A stretch of 64,000 nucleotides of DNA, from assembly GCA_000165345.1 (NCBI GenBank), contig CM000430.1, positions 1 through 64,000 of the forward strand, written 5' to 3'. The notes below the pieces were generated by a model that did not search any database, had not been told where the DNA came from, and saw only the letters and a program-made list of their open reading frames with translations. Made by a program: the position numbers and the translations under genes. Of this stretch, positions 54,272 through 64,000 are shown in pieces (the stretch's first letter is position 1; the number at the start of each line of letters is the position of its first letter).

Positions 54272-57200
54272 ATGGGATGTTCCAAGACTAAATGGAAATG
54301 TATCCATAATGGAGAATGCTCAAAAGAGTTTTACTATAGAATCCACACTTTTGTTGGAGGATTAGAAATTTCTGTTGAAGATGTGGACACAAATCCATCA
54401 TCTTCCAAAGTATCTTTATATGATGAAGAAACAATATCTTTCCCACGCTTGGTAATAATAAGGCCAAAAGGATTAAATAATTTAAAAGATGTTAACTCTA
54501 TGAAACATGTTTCTGAATACAGAAAAAATATGTCTTTAGATTACTTTATTGAAATTTATAAGGATTTATATTCAGAACCTTTGAATGTTGAAACTAGTCA
54601 CCTTTATGATTTTACAAGTAATTGTATCTTTGAAATATTATCAGAAAAGGACATACCCCTTCTAACCGAGCTTAGAAGTTTGTATGGACCACCAGAATTC
54701 TTGAATTCAGAAAATAATATTGAAGGAAATATTTTAGGAAACGTACTTGAAAAAGATGAAAGCGGAATACTTGTAATTAATCCATGGGAATCATCTTCTA
54801 TTGGCCAAACTGGAAGAAATAGTTCATCTAATGGAACTTTTGCAAAAGATGATACTGATCCATCTTCTCATAACTTTGATACATCACATAGAAACTCTAA
54901 ACAAGATTTAGATACAAATCTGGAAAATTCTATGGGAAGCCTAGGCCTAGATTTCTCTGGATTTTCTATTGCTTCCATCAAAGCATTCGCAATTTTTGGT
55001 ATACTATTCGTTTTTGAGGAACCCTATTTATTAGTTTCAACTAGTAGAGATATTTCAAGTGTGATCTACCAAAATGGAACCTACAAAACAATTAATAGGG
55101 TAACTAAATCTCTTGCTATTCCATTATTTTCAAATTCTATTGAAAACCAATATTTCAATTTAGATGATCAAATTCCTTTTCAAAATAAAGAGGATGGTCT
55201 TAAACCAAGTAATGAATCCTTTTTTAAACAGCCTGAACAAATGAATTATGAGTTTAAGGTTGACCAAAATGATCCAAATGATAAATCCAAAAATGATAAA
55301 TCCAAGAAATATATGGAGAAAATGGAGTGGATTAATAGAGTTTCCTCAACATTACAGAAACTCTCTCCAATTAAAGGAAATAAAGAATCATTTTCACTTC
55401 TAAGTGATTCAGGAGCTAATTGGCTAAGTAATTCTCTTATTAATGTTTCTTCAGGTATACTAAGTACTGTTTCATCAGCTATTTCAAATTCAATTAATAT
55501 TCAACAAAATAATCCCTTACTAAGCACTAATAACTCACCAACAAATCGTCAATCTAAAGACTCTTCTTTAAATTATATTGATAATCAATCTAAAACAAAA
55601 GATCCAAATTCACCTATTTCTTTGGAAGAGCTTCTTGTTGAAAGAAGAAATCATTTAGAGAGACTTATTGAAGGAGTTACAAAAATGATTTCCTCAGGAG
55701 GATTTTTCTATAGTTTTGATATGGATATTACTCATACTCTCCAACGAAAATTTGAGAATTGTTGGAAGGATCATACTGAAAGAGTGGGATCTTTAGGTGA
55801 AAATGGAGAAACTTCTTCAGAAATTAAGAATAAAGCTTATATCATTTCAGGAGATTCTAGATTTATTTGGAATAGAAATATCTCTCTTCCTGTTCTCATC
55901 TCTGGAGTAGATCCACGCTGGATTACTCCTTTAATACAAGGATACTTTTGTAATCAAGCAATCATCATTTCTCCTGAAGGTCCTGGATATAATAAAATCG
56001 GTCCAGATGTTCTTTCACTCAAAATGAATCTAATCAACTCTTTTACTGACCTTGATGAGTTGATTCCCCAAGCTAACAATACTAATAGTTCAGTTACATG
56101 TGAACAAAAATGTGCATGTACTGATAATGGTATTACTCCATGTAGACATAAGTTTGCATGTAAAATGTGTTATCGTGATTATATTGACTCATTAACGAGA
56201 TATGATATTGTTTTGATGTCTAGAAGATCATGGGAAAGAGGTGGAACACGTTTCAATGCAAGAGGAATTGATGAAAATGCAAATGTTGCTAATTTTGTAG
56301 AATCTGAATTACAAATATGTATTAATAATTCAGATCACTGGTTTGCATTCACTCAAATTAGAGGCTCAATTCCTCTATTTTGGGAACAAACTGGTGTCAA
56401 CTCTTGTGCAATTACATGTTTTGATCACGACTATTCCAGTTTTATGTTTGATAAGCATCACACTAAACTTGTTAATCTATATGGAGAAGTATTTTATGTG
56501 AATTTACTTGGCTCTTCAGCTCATGAACAGGCTTTAAGCTTGGGATTAAAGAAGGAAATTAACTATTATAATTTGAATATTGAGAGTAAATACAGTGATG
56601 TTAGATATTCTGAAGATTCAGAAACTGGATTAGTATGTAACTGTATGAAAAATCATATTGGATCTACCAAAGATGAATTTTGTTTTTGTAGTTGTAGAGC
56701 AATTCCTATAGTTTATACAAATTATGATTACCATCAAAAGGTAAAAAATCAAGGATTTGAAAGTGCATTAAATGAATATGTTTCTATATTAGCTAAAGAA
56801 TTTGGAGATAGAATTGGCTATTTTCATGGTGTTTTTTCCAACTCTAATTCTAAGTCTTGTTCCGAATTGAATTCAAATAATAACCAGGAACCTGTTACTT
56901 TCGTAAACTTTTTTGATCTTGATGAATTTGAAACTAAAGAAGAGACTCAAAAGAATAATGTCAATGATGTTGAATCATTGAAGAATGATCGAGATAGAGA
57001 ATTTATTATTAAGATGAGACAAAAAGGAGTAATCAGAACTAATTGTTTAGATTGTTTGGATAGAACAAATGCTCTTCAATGGTATATAGCTTGGACTTGG
57101 TTTGTAGATTTAATTTTATCAATTTCTACATGTTCTTTGGAGAATAGTAATTTACAAGATAAACAAGACAATGGTAGAAATATATCTCAGGAAGGTTTTG

Positions 57201-59062
57201 TAAAATCTTTATTAAATAGTCAACTATCTCATTTTGGATGGTTTAAATTAATCTTAAATGGTGGAGAAAAGATACAGTTAGAAGAAAACAATATTTTAGA
57301 GATAATTAATAGTAAGAATTTGAATCAGATATTAATTCCAAGATCTATAAATTCTTGTATTTCTAGTATTCCAAGGATTCAAACTCAAAGTAAAGTGATG
57401 AACTCTCCTCTGACTTTGTCAAATCCAATAATACCTTCTAGAATTAGTAAGACAGATTTTGAAATAAGAAACTCTCCTATTCAAACAGCATACAGAGAAA
57501 TTGTACAAAGACATTCATTTGTAATGAAAAGATCTACAGGTAATAATAATAATAATTCAGGTTTACTTAATGGATTAGAAATAAATAGAAACAGCTCAAC
57601 AATAGACTTGGATGACTTTAGATCAAAAAACTTATCACAATCAAGTAAGAATAATTTATCTATATTTGAAATATTCAGAGAATGTTTGTTAAATGGTATG
57701 GGAGTGGTTACTTTGAAAGACTCTTTTAGTTTATTATGGGCAGAAAATGGGGATGTAATAAGTGAGCACTATACTGGAGCAGGGAGTGTATTTAGTGGGG
57801 TTATTAAGAATAGAAAGATTTCTCTCTCTACAAACTTTGACCATGCTGTAAAATCTTTAAGAAGGTTATATCACAATGCATTTGAGGATTCTTCTAGACA
57901 ACAATATATTGATTGTCTTTTATATAAACATCCATCAAATTCAAGTTTACTAGGACGAACAGATGAATTATTTAAAGATAACTTATTAGATAAGGATTCA
58001 AAAGTCCAGAATTTTCCCCAGGTATTAAATAAAAATTCTAAAGAACTAAATAGTGAGAAGCTTACCATTTGGATTGGTTCTTGGAATCTTGGAGGCCAAC
58101 CATTAAATATAGACTTGGATTATTGGATTAAGAAAGATTTACCAAAGAATACCAGTATTGTTTGTTTTTGTATGCAAGAAATTGTTGAATTAAGTAGTGT
58201 TCGTGTTGTGTTTAATCAGAATGATAAGAATAAAGAAGCCACGTTTGAAATGTTAGCTTTAAGATCATTGGGAGCTGATAAATACATAAAGCTTCATAGT
58301 ATTAGCTTAGTTGGTCTTTTTTGCGTAATATTTGTCAGAAGATCTTTTCATCACTTCGTTAAATCTGTTGAATCAAATTCAATAAAACTTGGCCTTATGG
58401 GTAGTACAGGAAATAAAGGAGCTGTAATGATTAGAATGAATATAGAGAGATATGGAAGCATTGTATTAACCAATGTTCATCTTATTTCGGGAGAACAGTA
58501 CAAAGAAGAGCGTAATTCTCAGCTCAAGCTAATTCTTCAGTCACCAATTTTTAATGAAATCCCTAATTTTAAAGGGTTTCTTAAAAGCGGATCATCTTTA
58601 CAAGATCATGATTTAGTCATTCTTGCCGGAGATTTTAATTTCAGAATTCAACTTCCTAAACAAGAGGTGATTGACTTGATTAAAGATAAAAACTTTGTTG
58701 AATTACTTAAGTTCGACCAGTTTCTTTTGGAGAAGAAATCAGATAACGAGATTTTATCGAAATTAGTTGAAAAGGAAATTTCTTTTTTTCCAACTTATAA
58801 GTATATTCGAGGTGAATATATATATGACCTCACTAGAACTCCTTCTTGGTGTGACAGAGTATTAGTATTATCAAATAATTCTAAATTGCCAATGATTACT
58901 ACAACAGACGCGGATACAAAAAATAGCAAGCAAGATAATTTCCATGAAAAAGATTCTTTTAATGATTATAATGTAACTATAACTGGATATAAAAGTGATG
59001 AAAGATATTTGGTTAGTGATCATCATCCAGTATTTGCAGTTATTTCTGTTCAATTTAATTGA
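54272..59062 (+). CDS. Synaptojanin/INP5x-like phosphoinositide phosphatase (SAC domain plus inositol polyphosphate 5-phosphatase domain); N-terminal MGC acylation motif
   Basis: 1596 aa. SAC catalytic motif RTNCLDCLDRTN. 5-phosphatase motifs WIGSWNLGG, CMQEIVEL, GSTGNKGAV, LAGDFNFRIQL, FFPTYKY, PSWCDRVL. Starts MGCSKTK. Confidence 0.85.
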   Translation: MGCSKTKWKCIHNGECSKEFYYRIHTFVGGLEISVEDVDTNPSSSKVSLYDEETISFPRLVIIRPKGLNNLKDVNSMKHVSEYRKNMSLDYFIEIYKDLYSEPLNVETSHLYDFTSNCIFEILSEKDIPLLTELRSLYGPPEFLNSENNIEGNILGNVLEKDESGILVINPWESSSIGQTGRNSSSNGTFAKDDTDPSSHNFDTSHRNSKQDLDTNLENSMGSLGLDFSGFSIASIKAFAIFGILFVFEEPYLLVSTSRDISSVIYQNGTYKTINRVTKSLAIPLFSNSIENQYFNLDDQIPFQNKEDGLKPSNESFFKQPEQMNYEFKVDQNDPNDKSKNDKSKKYMEKMEWINRVSSTLQKLSPIKGNKESFSLLSDSGANWLSNSLINVSSGILSTVSSAISNSINIQQNNPLLSTNNSPTNRQSKDSSLNYIDNQSKTKDPNSPISLEELLVERRNHLERLIEGVTKMISSGGFFYSFDMDITHTLQRKFENCWKDHTERVGSLGENGETSSEIKNKAYIISGDSRFIWNRNISLPVLISGVDPRWITPLIQGYFCNQAIIISPEGPGYNKIGPDVLSLKMNLINSFTDLDELIPQANNTNSSVTCEQKCACTDNGITPCRHKFACKMCYRDYIDSLTRYDIVLMSRRSWERGGTRFNARGIDENANVANFVESELQICINNSDHWFAFTQIRGSIPLFWEQTGVNSCAITCFDHDYSSFMFDKHHTKLVNLYGEVFYVNLLGSSAHEQALSLGLKKEINYYNLNIESKYSDVRYSEDSETGLVCNCMKNHIGSTKDEFCFCSCRAIPIVYTNYDYHQKVKNQGFESALNEYVSILAKEFGDRIGYFHGVFSNSNSKSCSELNSNNNQEPVTFVNFFDLDEFETKEETQKNNVNDVESLKNDRDREFIIKMRQKGVIRTNCLDCLDRTNALQWYIAWTWFVDLILSISTCSLENSNLQDKQDNGRNISQEGFVKSLLNSQLSHFGWFKLILNGGEKIQLEENNILEIINSKNLNQILIPRSINSCISSIPRIQTQSKVMNSPLTLSNPIIPSRISKTDFEIRNSPIQTAYREIVQRHSFVMKRSTGNNNNNSGLLNGLEINRNSSTIDLDDFRSKNLSQSSKNNLSIFEIFRECLLNGMGVVTLKDSFSLLWAENGDVISEHYTGAGSVFSGVIKNRKISLSTNFDHAVKSLRRLYHNAFEDSSRQQYIDCLLYKHPSNSSLLGRTDELFKDNLLDKDSKVQNFPQVLNKNSKELNSEKLTIWIGSWNLGGQPLNIDLDYWIKKDLPKNTSIVCFCMQEIVELSSVRVVFNQNDKNKEATFEMLALRSLGADKYIKLHSISLVGLFCVIFVRRSFHHFVKSVESNSIKLGLMGSTGNKGAVMIRMNIERYGSIVLTNVHLISGEQYKEERNSQLKLILQSPIFNEIPNFKGFLKSGSSLQDHDLVILAGDFNFRIQLPKQEVIDLIKDKNFVELLKFDQFLLEKKSDNEILSKLVEKEISFFPTYKYIRGEYIYDLTRTPSWCDRVLVLSNNSKLPMITTTDADTKNSKQDNFHEKDSFNDYNVTITGYKSDERYLVSDHHPVFAVISVQFN

Positions 59063-60001
59063 AACAGTACTTTTCTCCCCTTCCCACCTCCACTTAACAA
59101 GGGTTTAAGTTTTATTCTTTTTTTTTTTTAATTCCTTACAGGTAGAAATTCTAAATTGGTAATATTTAATTTATATTATAGAATGGTTTTATTTTTCTTT
59201 TAACTTTTTCTTAAGTGATAACTTGAATCTTTAATCGTTTAATGACATTATCTATGTTCATCTATTTATATATGCAAACATGAATTAAAGAATAATCAAT
59301 TTTGGTAGATAATATATACTCAAAGATATTTTTATTTTAATATTATCAATAGTAAATCTGGTTTAGAATATTTGCAACACAAGAATGTATTTTTAGTACA
59401 AAATTAGAGGTTGATAACTATAAACGATAAAGTAGTATAAAAACATATTTCTTAAACTACTAAAATTCAAATAATTCTATCACAAAACTACTAAATTAAT
59501 AAAAATTTTCAATTTTTCAAAAATGAATATTTTACACTTTCACACAATTTCTTCAAAAAATAAATTAGCATGCAAATAAAGGCGCCAAGTTAAGGCGGGC
59601 AGATAGTAAACAAAAGGTGGTAATTTATTTGAAAAATGTATGCAAAATATATAGAAAAATGACATTAAGGCGAAAATAAGTATTTTGTAAAAAATTAGAA
59701 TTTAAGATAAATTGGGTTAGCAATATAAAAAATAGATAATTAAAAAGTGATATATTATTATATTTATAGAAAGTAGAAATTTTGTGTTGAAAATAATTAT
59801 TTTAAGGAAATATACATAGAAATTAGTGAGTAATATCAACATTTAGTGTGCATAATATTATGTGATTTAGAAGATTGGAAGAGAAATATAGAAAAATAAG
59901 TTGAAAGAAAATTAAAAGTTTTCTAATGGGAAAATTGTATAATTAGAAAATTAATTGGATAAATTTATATTACAAAGTAAAAAAAGTGAAATAAATATCT
60001 A

Positions 60002-60868
60002 ATGAACTTAGGGTTGTGGAATCCAATAACTTTGGAAGTGGAGAATTCAAGGTTGACATACTTTTCTATAAGATCTGATCAGTTATTAAAGAAAAGCAAT
60101 TCTAACAAAAATAATGAAGATAAATTAGTAAGAGAAATAATTTTGGATTATAAATACTTAATAGATTACTCATGTTTATTGGAATTTTCTCCAGATGGAC
60201 TATATGTGATACCAGAATATGAAAATATATATACATGGCAGGGAGGTATTTTTATACGCTCTGGTTTATATGCAGGAGCATTTTATAGGTTTCAGATAGA
60301 ATTAGCATTAGAAAGAGAATATGTTTCGGATGGATCAGAGTTAAAAACACACAAAGTAGAATTTTTGAATCCTCCAGCACATCCACTGGTTAGCATTAGT
60401 AGTGGGTTATTATACATTCCAAATGAGTGGCAAGCAAAGATCCAAAATAATGTTCTGGCTTTGTTATTTTTTATAAAGAATATATTTTACTTGCCAGAAT
60501 TAATAACATATAAGTTAGATGATCAAGAGATTGGTAATGTTGAAATGTCAGATTCTGTCAGAAATGATCCAAAGAAAGCAATATATAAAATTCAGAGAAG
60601 CGTAAAAGATTCAATAGAAAAGTCATGCAGAGCATATAATTCCAAATTCTCCCCTTTTAAATTAAATTATCATGTGAACGATTCCGATAAAAATGAAGAC
60701 AAGGAAGAAGCAAAACAAGAATTTCATTACAATATAGATGATGATCTTTCTGCAGATATTGTAGAGTACATTAAAGAATGTGTACAGAACTCATCAAACA
60801 TTAATGAACAAAAAGAATCGCTTAATGAATGGATTCTAAATATTGTTGATAAAAACAAATTAAAATAA
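60002..60868 (+). CDS. UBC-fold protein lacking the catalytic Cys (UEV-like, possibly AKTIP/FTS-type)
   Basis: 288 aa. YTWQGGIFIRSGLYAGAFYRFQIEL ... NPPAHPLVSISSGLLYI mirrors the E2 core (W.G.I.GP..T.YEGG.F...I.FP..YP..PP.V.F...HPN...G.ICL), but no Cys follows the HP(N) motif. Confidence 0.55.
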   Translation: MNLGLWNPITLEVENSRLTYFSIRSDQLLKKSNSNKNNEDKLVREIILDYKYLIDYSCLLEFSPDGLYVIPEYENIYTWQGGIFIRSGLYAGAFYRFQIELALEREYVSDGSELKTHKVEFLNPPAHPLVSISSGLLYIPNEWQAKIQNNVLALLFFIKNIFYLPELITYKLDDQEIGNVEMSDSVRNDPKKAIYKIQRSVKDSIEKSCRAYNSKFSPFKLNYHVNDSDKNEDKEEAKQEFHYNIDDDLSADIVEYIKECVQNSSNINEQKESLNEWILNIVDKNKLK

Positions 60869-60987
60869 ATGGATTAACTTCAAGTACTAGTTAATAATAA
60901 GATTTAATATTTTCTTGATAGACTGTTTTTAAATCGAACAGAATTCTAAATTTTATTGAAATATTGAGGGAATGTTCCCAACAATAT

Positions 60988-61380
60988 TTAATGAATCTTT
61001 CCAATCTTTGCCAAGTGAGTGACAGTAGGAGGTAAAGAAAGATCAACGGATAAGACCTTCTTTAAAATTAAATCTGCAACTGCTCCCCCATTGTTTTTAA
61101 AATCATTCTTGACTATCTCAATTGCCTCCTCTGTGGATTTTTCTAAAGTTTGATCTACAGAATCTTCAACAGAAAAGTTTTTAAACTCTGACTCAAATTG
61201 TGCCTCTTCCTTCTCTCTAAATGCCTTTAACTCTTCTTCAGCAGAAATTTGAGCCTCCTTGAGCTTTAAAATTCTGTTTTCCTTTGCGCGACGAACAATT
61301 TCCTCGGCATCCACCTCAGCATCCATTAACTTTTGAATTAAGGCTGATGAGCCTGTACCATTCTTTCCTGTTGCTGACAT
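60988..61380 (-). CDS. VMA10: V-type H+-ATPase subunit G
   Basis: 130 aa. IQKLMDAEVDAEEIVRRAKENRILKLKEAQISAEEELKAFREKEEAQFESEF parallels Vma10 (GIATLLQAEKEAHEIV..ARKYRQDKLKQAK..A..EI..YK...E.EF). Confidence 0.75.
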   Translation of the reverse strand: MSATGKNGTGSSALIQKLMDAEVDAEEIVRRAKENRILKLKEAQISAEEELKAFREKEEAQFESEFKNFSVEDSVDQTLEKSTEEAIEIVKNDFKNNGGAVADLILKKVLSVDLSLPPTVTHLAKIGKIH

Positions 61381-62038
61381 GTCTCTCTGTCAAATGAAAA
61401 TCTCTATTGAAACTTCCTAAATATTTATCTTGTATATTATATTCGACCACAGTTTATTCAAACTGAATTCCTATTAATTACTACTTTTAACTTTTCAATT
61501 TTCAAGCCTTATTAGCGGCTTTAATCTTATTCTCAATATATTTATACCTTCCCGCCTTAGGCGGTAATCTTTGAATCCTTTCTTAACAATGATTGCACTA
61601 AATTGCATGTTAGAGTGAACATTTTAACAACTCCAAACTTAATTTTCCTTCCTTATACTAATTGCTTTGCCTTAATTTTTATAGATGTTGATTGTAATTA
61701 TACTTCCAGTAATTCTTTATATTTTGTAAATCTTATTCAATATTGTGATAATTAAAATAAACTTGAGGCGCCAACATTTTGAAAATTTATTTTGATTTTA
61801 ACGATACCTATTTGCAAATAAATGTGTAAATATCTAAAAATAATATGATTTGAGAGATAAATTTGACTACGATCATTTTGAATTTATTTTGACCATATTC
61901 TATTTTGTAGATGGATATGATTAGTTGTTTACATTTATATCTCAAATAATTATTGGGAATATAAGTTTTAATTCTAGAAACCAATCTAAAAATTAAATTC
62001 ATAAGAAAAGAAATTAAAAATTTGGTATATTCTCAAGA

Positions 62039-62695
62039 ATGAAGGAGTCAGAGAAAGAAAAAACTGTATCTAGTAATAGAGAGTTCTTAGAAATTAATGA
62101 AGAAAATAATTCAAATAGATTAGAAGATTTAGTTTTAGTTGTTGATCACAATAAAACTAATAAAAACAATATTATTAACTTCAAGGAAAAAGATGATGAT
62201 AGTCAAAATAAATTACCTCCATGGAAAAGAAAACCAATTTCTCTTGATAATGATATTTTGAAGAGAGCAAAAAATTTCCTTTCTTTGTGTGAAACTATTG
62301 GAAATGAGAAGGTAACTCAAAGCTACAATGAAGATAAACATGTAGTAATGAATGTACATATGGGAGTGTTTGACATTAATGGGAAGCTCCCAGAAGATAG
62401 TTCCCTTTCAAATAATGAAATTGTGGATGTATCAAATTTAGATTTTAAAACTTCTCAGGATAATGAACTTTGCCAAATTGAACGAGATGAAGATGACAGT
62501 GACGATAACGATGAAAGCGATAACTATGAGGACGATATTACTGGATCCTCATTTAGATATGATCCAGATTCTAAAAGTTCATTGGAAGAGCAAATGGCCA
62601 TCCACAAAATGTTAACTCAAAGCAAATCGGGAAATGGAAGTTCTAAAAAGAATAAAAATTTTGTGCAAGTTATATCATCAAAGGATAACGAATAA
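62039..62695 (+). CDS. Hypothetical acidic protein
   Basis: 218-aa ORF with a D/E-rich segment (DEDDSDDNDESDNYEDD). No domain recognised. Confidence 0.5.
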   Translation: MKESEKEKTVSSNREFLEINEENNSNRLEDLVLVVDHNKTNKNNIINFKEKDDDSQNKLPPWKRKPISLDNDILKRAKNFLSLCETIGNEKVTQSYNEDKHVVMNVHMGVFDINGKLPEDSSLSNNEIVDVSNLDFKTSQDNELCQIERDEDDSDDNDESDNYEDDITGSSFRYDPDSKSSLEEQMAIHKMLTQSKSGNGSSKKNKNFVQVISSKDNE

Positions 62696-63125
62696 TACAA
62701 GCATGTGCTACCTATTTCAGTAGTATAGAAATAAGATTTTCCCGGATCATAAATATAAAAATTCAAGCTTGATGCATTATTGAAATCTTCAAAAGCAAAT
62801 AAAATGTGTTACATCTCATACATTCTTATATATTACTACAGTAAATTTCAATTTACTATAACTACGATTACAAATAATATAGTTTTTTTTAATCTTTTAC
62901 TTTTTTCCTTCAACCTTTCTTTTTCATTTTATTTTCACAATTAAGACAATAATGTTGGGCGGCAAACTATTTTAATAAGTACCGGTATTTAGAAGAATAT
63001 TAGAAGTCGAGAATAAAAAGTACATAACATTCCTTGTTGAATATTCTAATCCTAATAAAGAAGTGATCTTTGAGTTTTTAACAAAGGAGTGGAAAAAGAA
63101 TTACTGAGATCATTGGAAGCATAAA

Positions 63126-64000
63126 ATGAGTAAGTTCAACTACATATTAAATTTTTCTCCTGATACTTGGACTCCAACAATAGAGTCTAAAGCAGGAGAA
63201 AACTGTTTGGGCGGAATAAAGAATTTCCCATTTGCCCCATCTATGAAGATTGATAGACTAGGAGCTGTTTGCGACTTTTCATACACAAGTTATTCGAGAG
63301 GAAGAGACGCAAAATCATCTCAAGCTGATAACCAAGACTTCCACCTGGTTGACTCTCGTCCATTTCCAAAAACTAAAGTACGATATGTACAAAGAAAATT
63401 CCAAAAAGAAACTGCTCAGGCATACCATCAAAAGCAACAACAACAGGAAAAGGCAGAAATGCTATTAAGACAAGGAAAGAGAAGTGCAAAGATGCGTCAA
63501 GCTGGTACTCAACAATATCAGTATTCTCGACATAGATTTGTATCTCGTATGAGAACTTTAACGGAATGGTCAATAGAACCATTATCATCATGGATATCTG
63601 TTGCAGAGATTCCACTTTCATCTTTACCAAAACAATTTTTAGATGTTAGTAAGTCAACAATTGAAGACATTGGATGGTTTGGTACACTAAAGAGTTATAA
63701 TAAATCAATGGATCGAATTTCTCCAAAATTGCCAATGGTTCTTAAAGACTTTGGAAACATGGAATTCCTCCAACCTACAACATCTGATGATGAGATCCTT
63801 AGAGATGCTTTACTACAGCCAGAAAGGAATATTGATGTTGCAATTACTGATCAAATTCTGGCATGTTTGGTTGCAGCTGCTCAATCAAAATACTCATGGC
63901 ATATCTTAGTGACAAATGTTGACGGAAAGTTAATTTTTGATAAACAGGATGGATCAATTATTGATTTGATCACAGTTAATGAAACATCAGCTGAACCTCC
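63126..64000 (+). CDS. EIF3D: Eukaryotic translation initiation factor 3 subunit D (eIF3d), 5' partial; continues past the window end
   Basis: ATG at 63126. Frame stays open to 64000. Conserved N-terminal blocks: PFAPSMKIDRLGAVCDF, QDFHLVDS, and YSWHILVTNVDGKLIFDKQDGSIIDLITVNETSAEP (human eIF3d: [36 protein letters not shown]). Absent from the ORF track because there is no stop codon. The antisense ORF 63373..63630 is spurious. Confidence 0.8.
   Translation, partial: MSKFNYILNFSPDTWTPTIESKAGENCLGGIKNFPFAPSMKIDRLGAVCDFSYTSYSRGRDAKSSQADNQDFHLVDSRPFPKTKVRYVQRKFQKETAQAYHQKQQQQEKAEMLLRQGKRSAKMRQAGTQQYQYSRHRFVSRMRTLTEWSIEPLSSWISVAEIPLSSLPKQFLDVSKSTIEDIGWFGTLKSYNKSMDRISPKLPMVLKDFGNMEFLQPTTSDDEILRDALLQPERNIDVAITDQILACLVAAAQSKYSWHILVTNVDGKLIFDKQDGSIIDLITVNETSAEP

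Noticed and set aside
63373-63630. 85-aa minus-strand ORF
   Set aside because: It is antisense to the well-conserved eIF3d coding sequence.

Overview
The window is AT-rich, gene-dense, mostly intronless eukaryotic DNA: about 27 protein-coding genes, roughly 70% coding, with short intergenic spacers. Three signals point to a Cryptosporidium genome, most likely a C. parvum/C. hominis-type chromosome segment. There is a cytosolic Hsp70 with a C-terminal (GGMP)n repeat and EEVD tail. There is a head-to-tail tandem array of four ABCC/MRP-type ABC transporters. And the apicomplexan E2F-like GGCGCC(A)AAA / TTTGGCGCC motif recurs in nearly every promoter. From memory, in C. parvum the Hsp70 gene and a cluster of ABCC transporters sit together near one end of chromosome 2; I cannot verify this here.

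The remaining genes are eukaryotic housekeeping loci. Ribosome and translation: NOP56, ribosomal proteins L29e, P2 and S24e, the Brix-domain factor RPF1, a DExD-box helicase, and an eIF3d homologue cut off by the window end. Membrane and trafficking: a SERP1/RAMP4-like ER protein, GOT1, V-ATPase subunit G, and a SAC plus 5-phosphatase inositol phosphatase with an MGC acylation motif. Chromatin and DNA repair: an APE2-like endonuclease with a GRF zinc finger, a YEATS protein, and a nucleoplasmin-fold acidic protein. Others: a stand-alone MOCOS-type NifS domain carrying a signal peptide, glycerol-3-phosphate dehydrogenase, a Cys-less UBC-fold (UEV-like) protein, and several lineage-specific hypothetical ORFs.

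Two small genes with 5' introns (RPL29, SERP1-like) are absent from the ORF track and were found by reading splice signals. I recognised no rRNA, tRNA, CRISPR array, transposon or prokaryotic-style defence system. The points worth a second look are the ABCC array and its internal divergence, the palindromic arrangement of the E2F-like motifs, strand-biased purine tracts, and the SP-bearing MOCOS-like domain. Nothing in the window looks like a wholly novel system.
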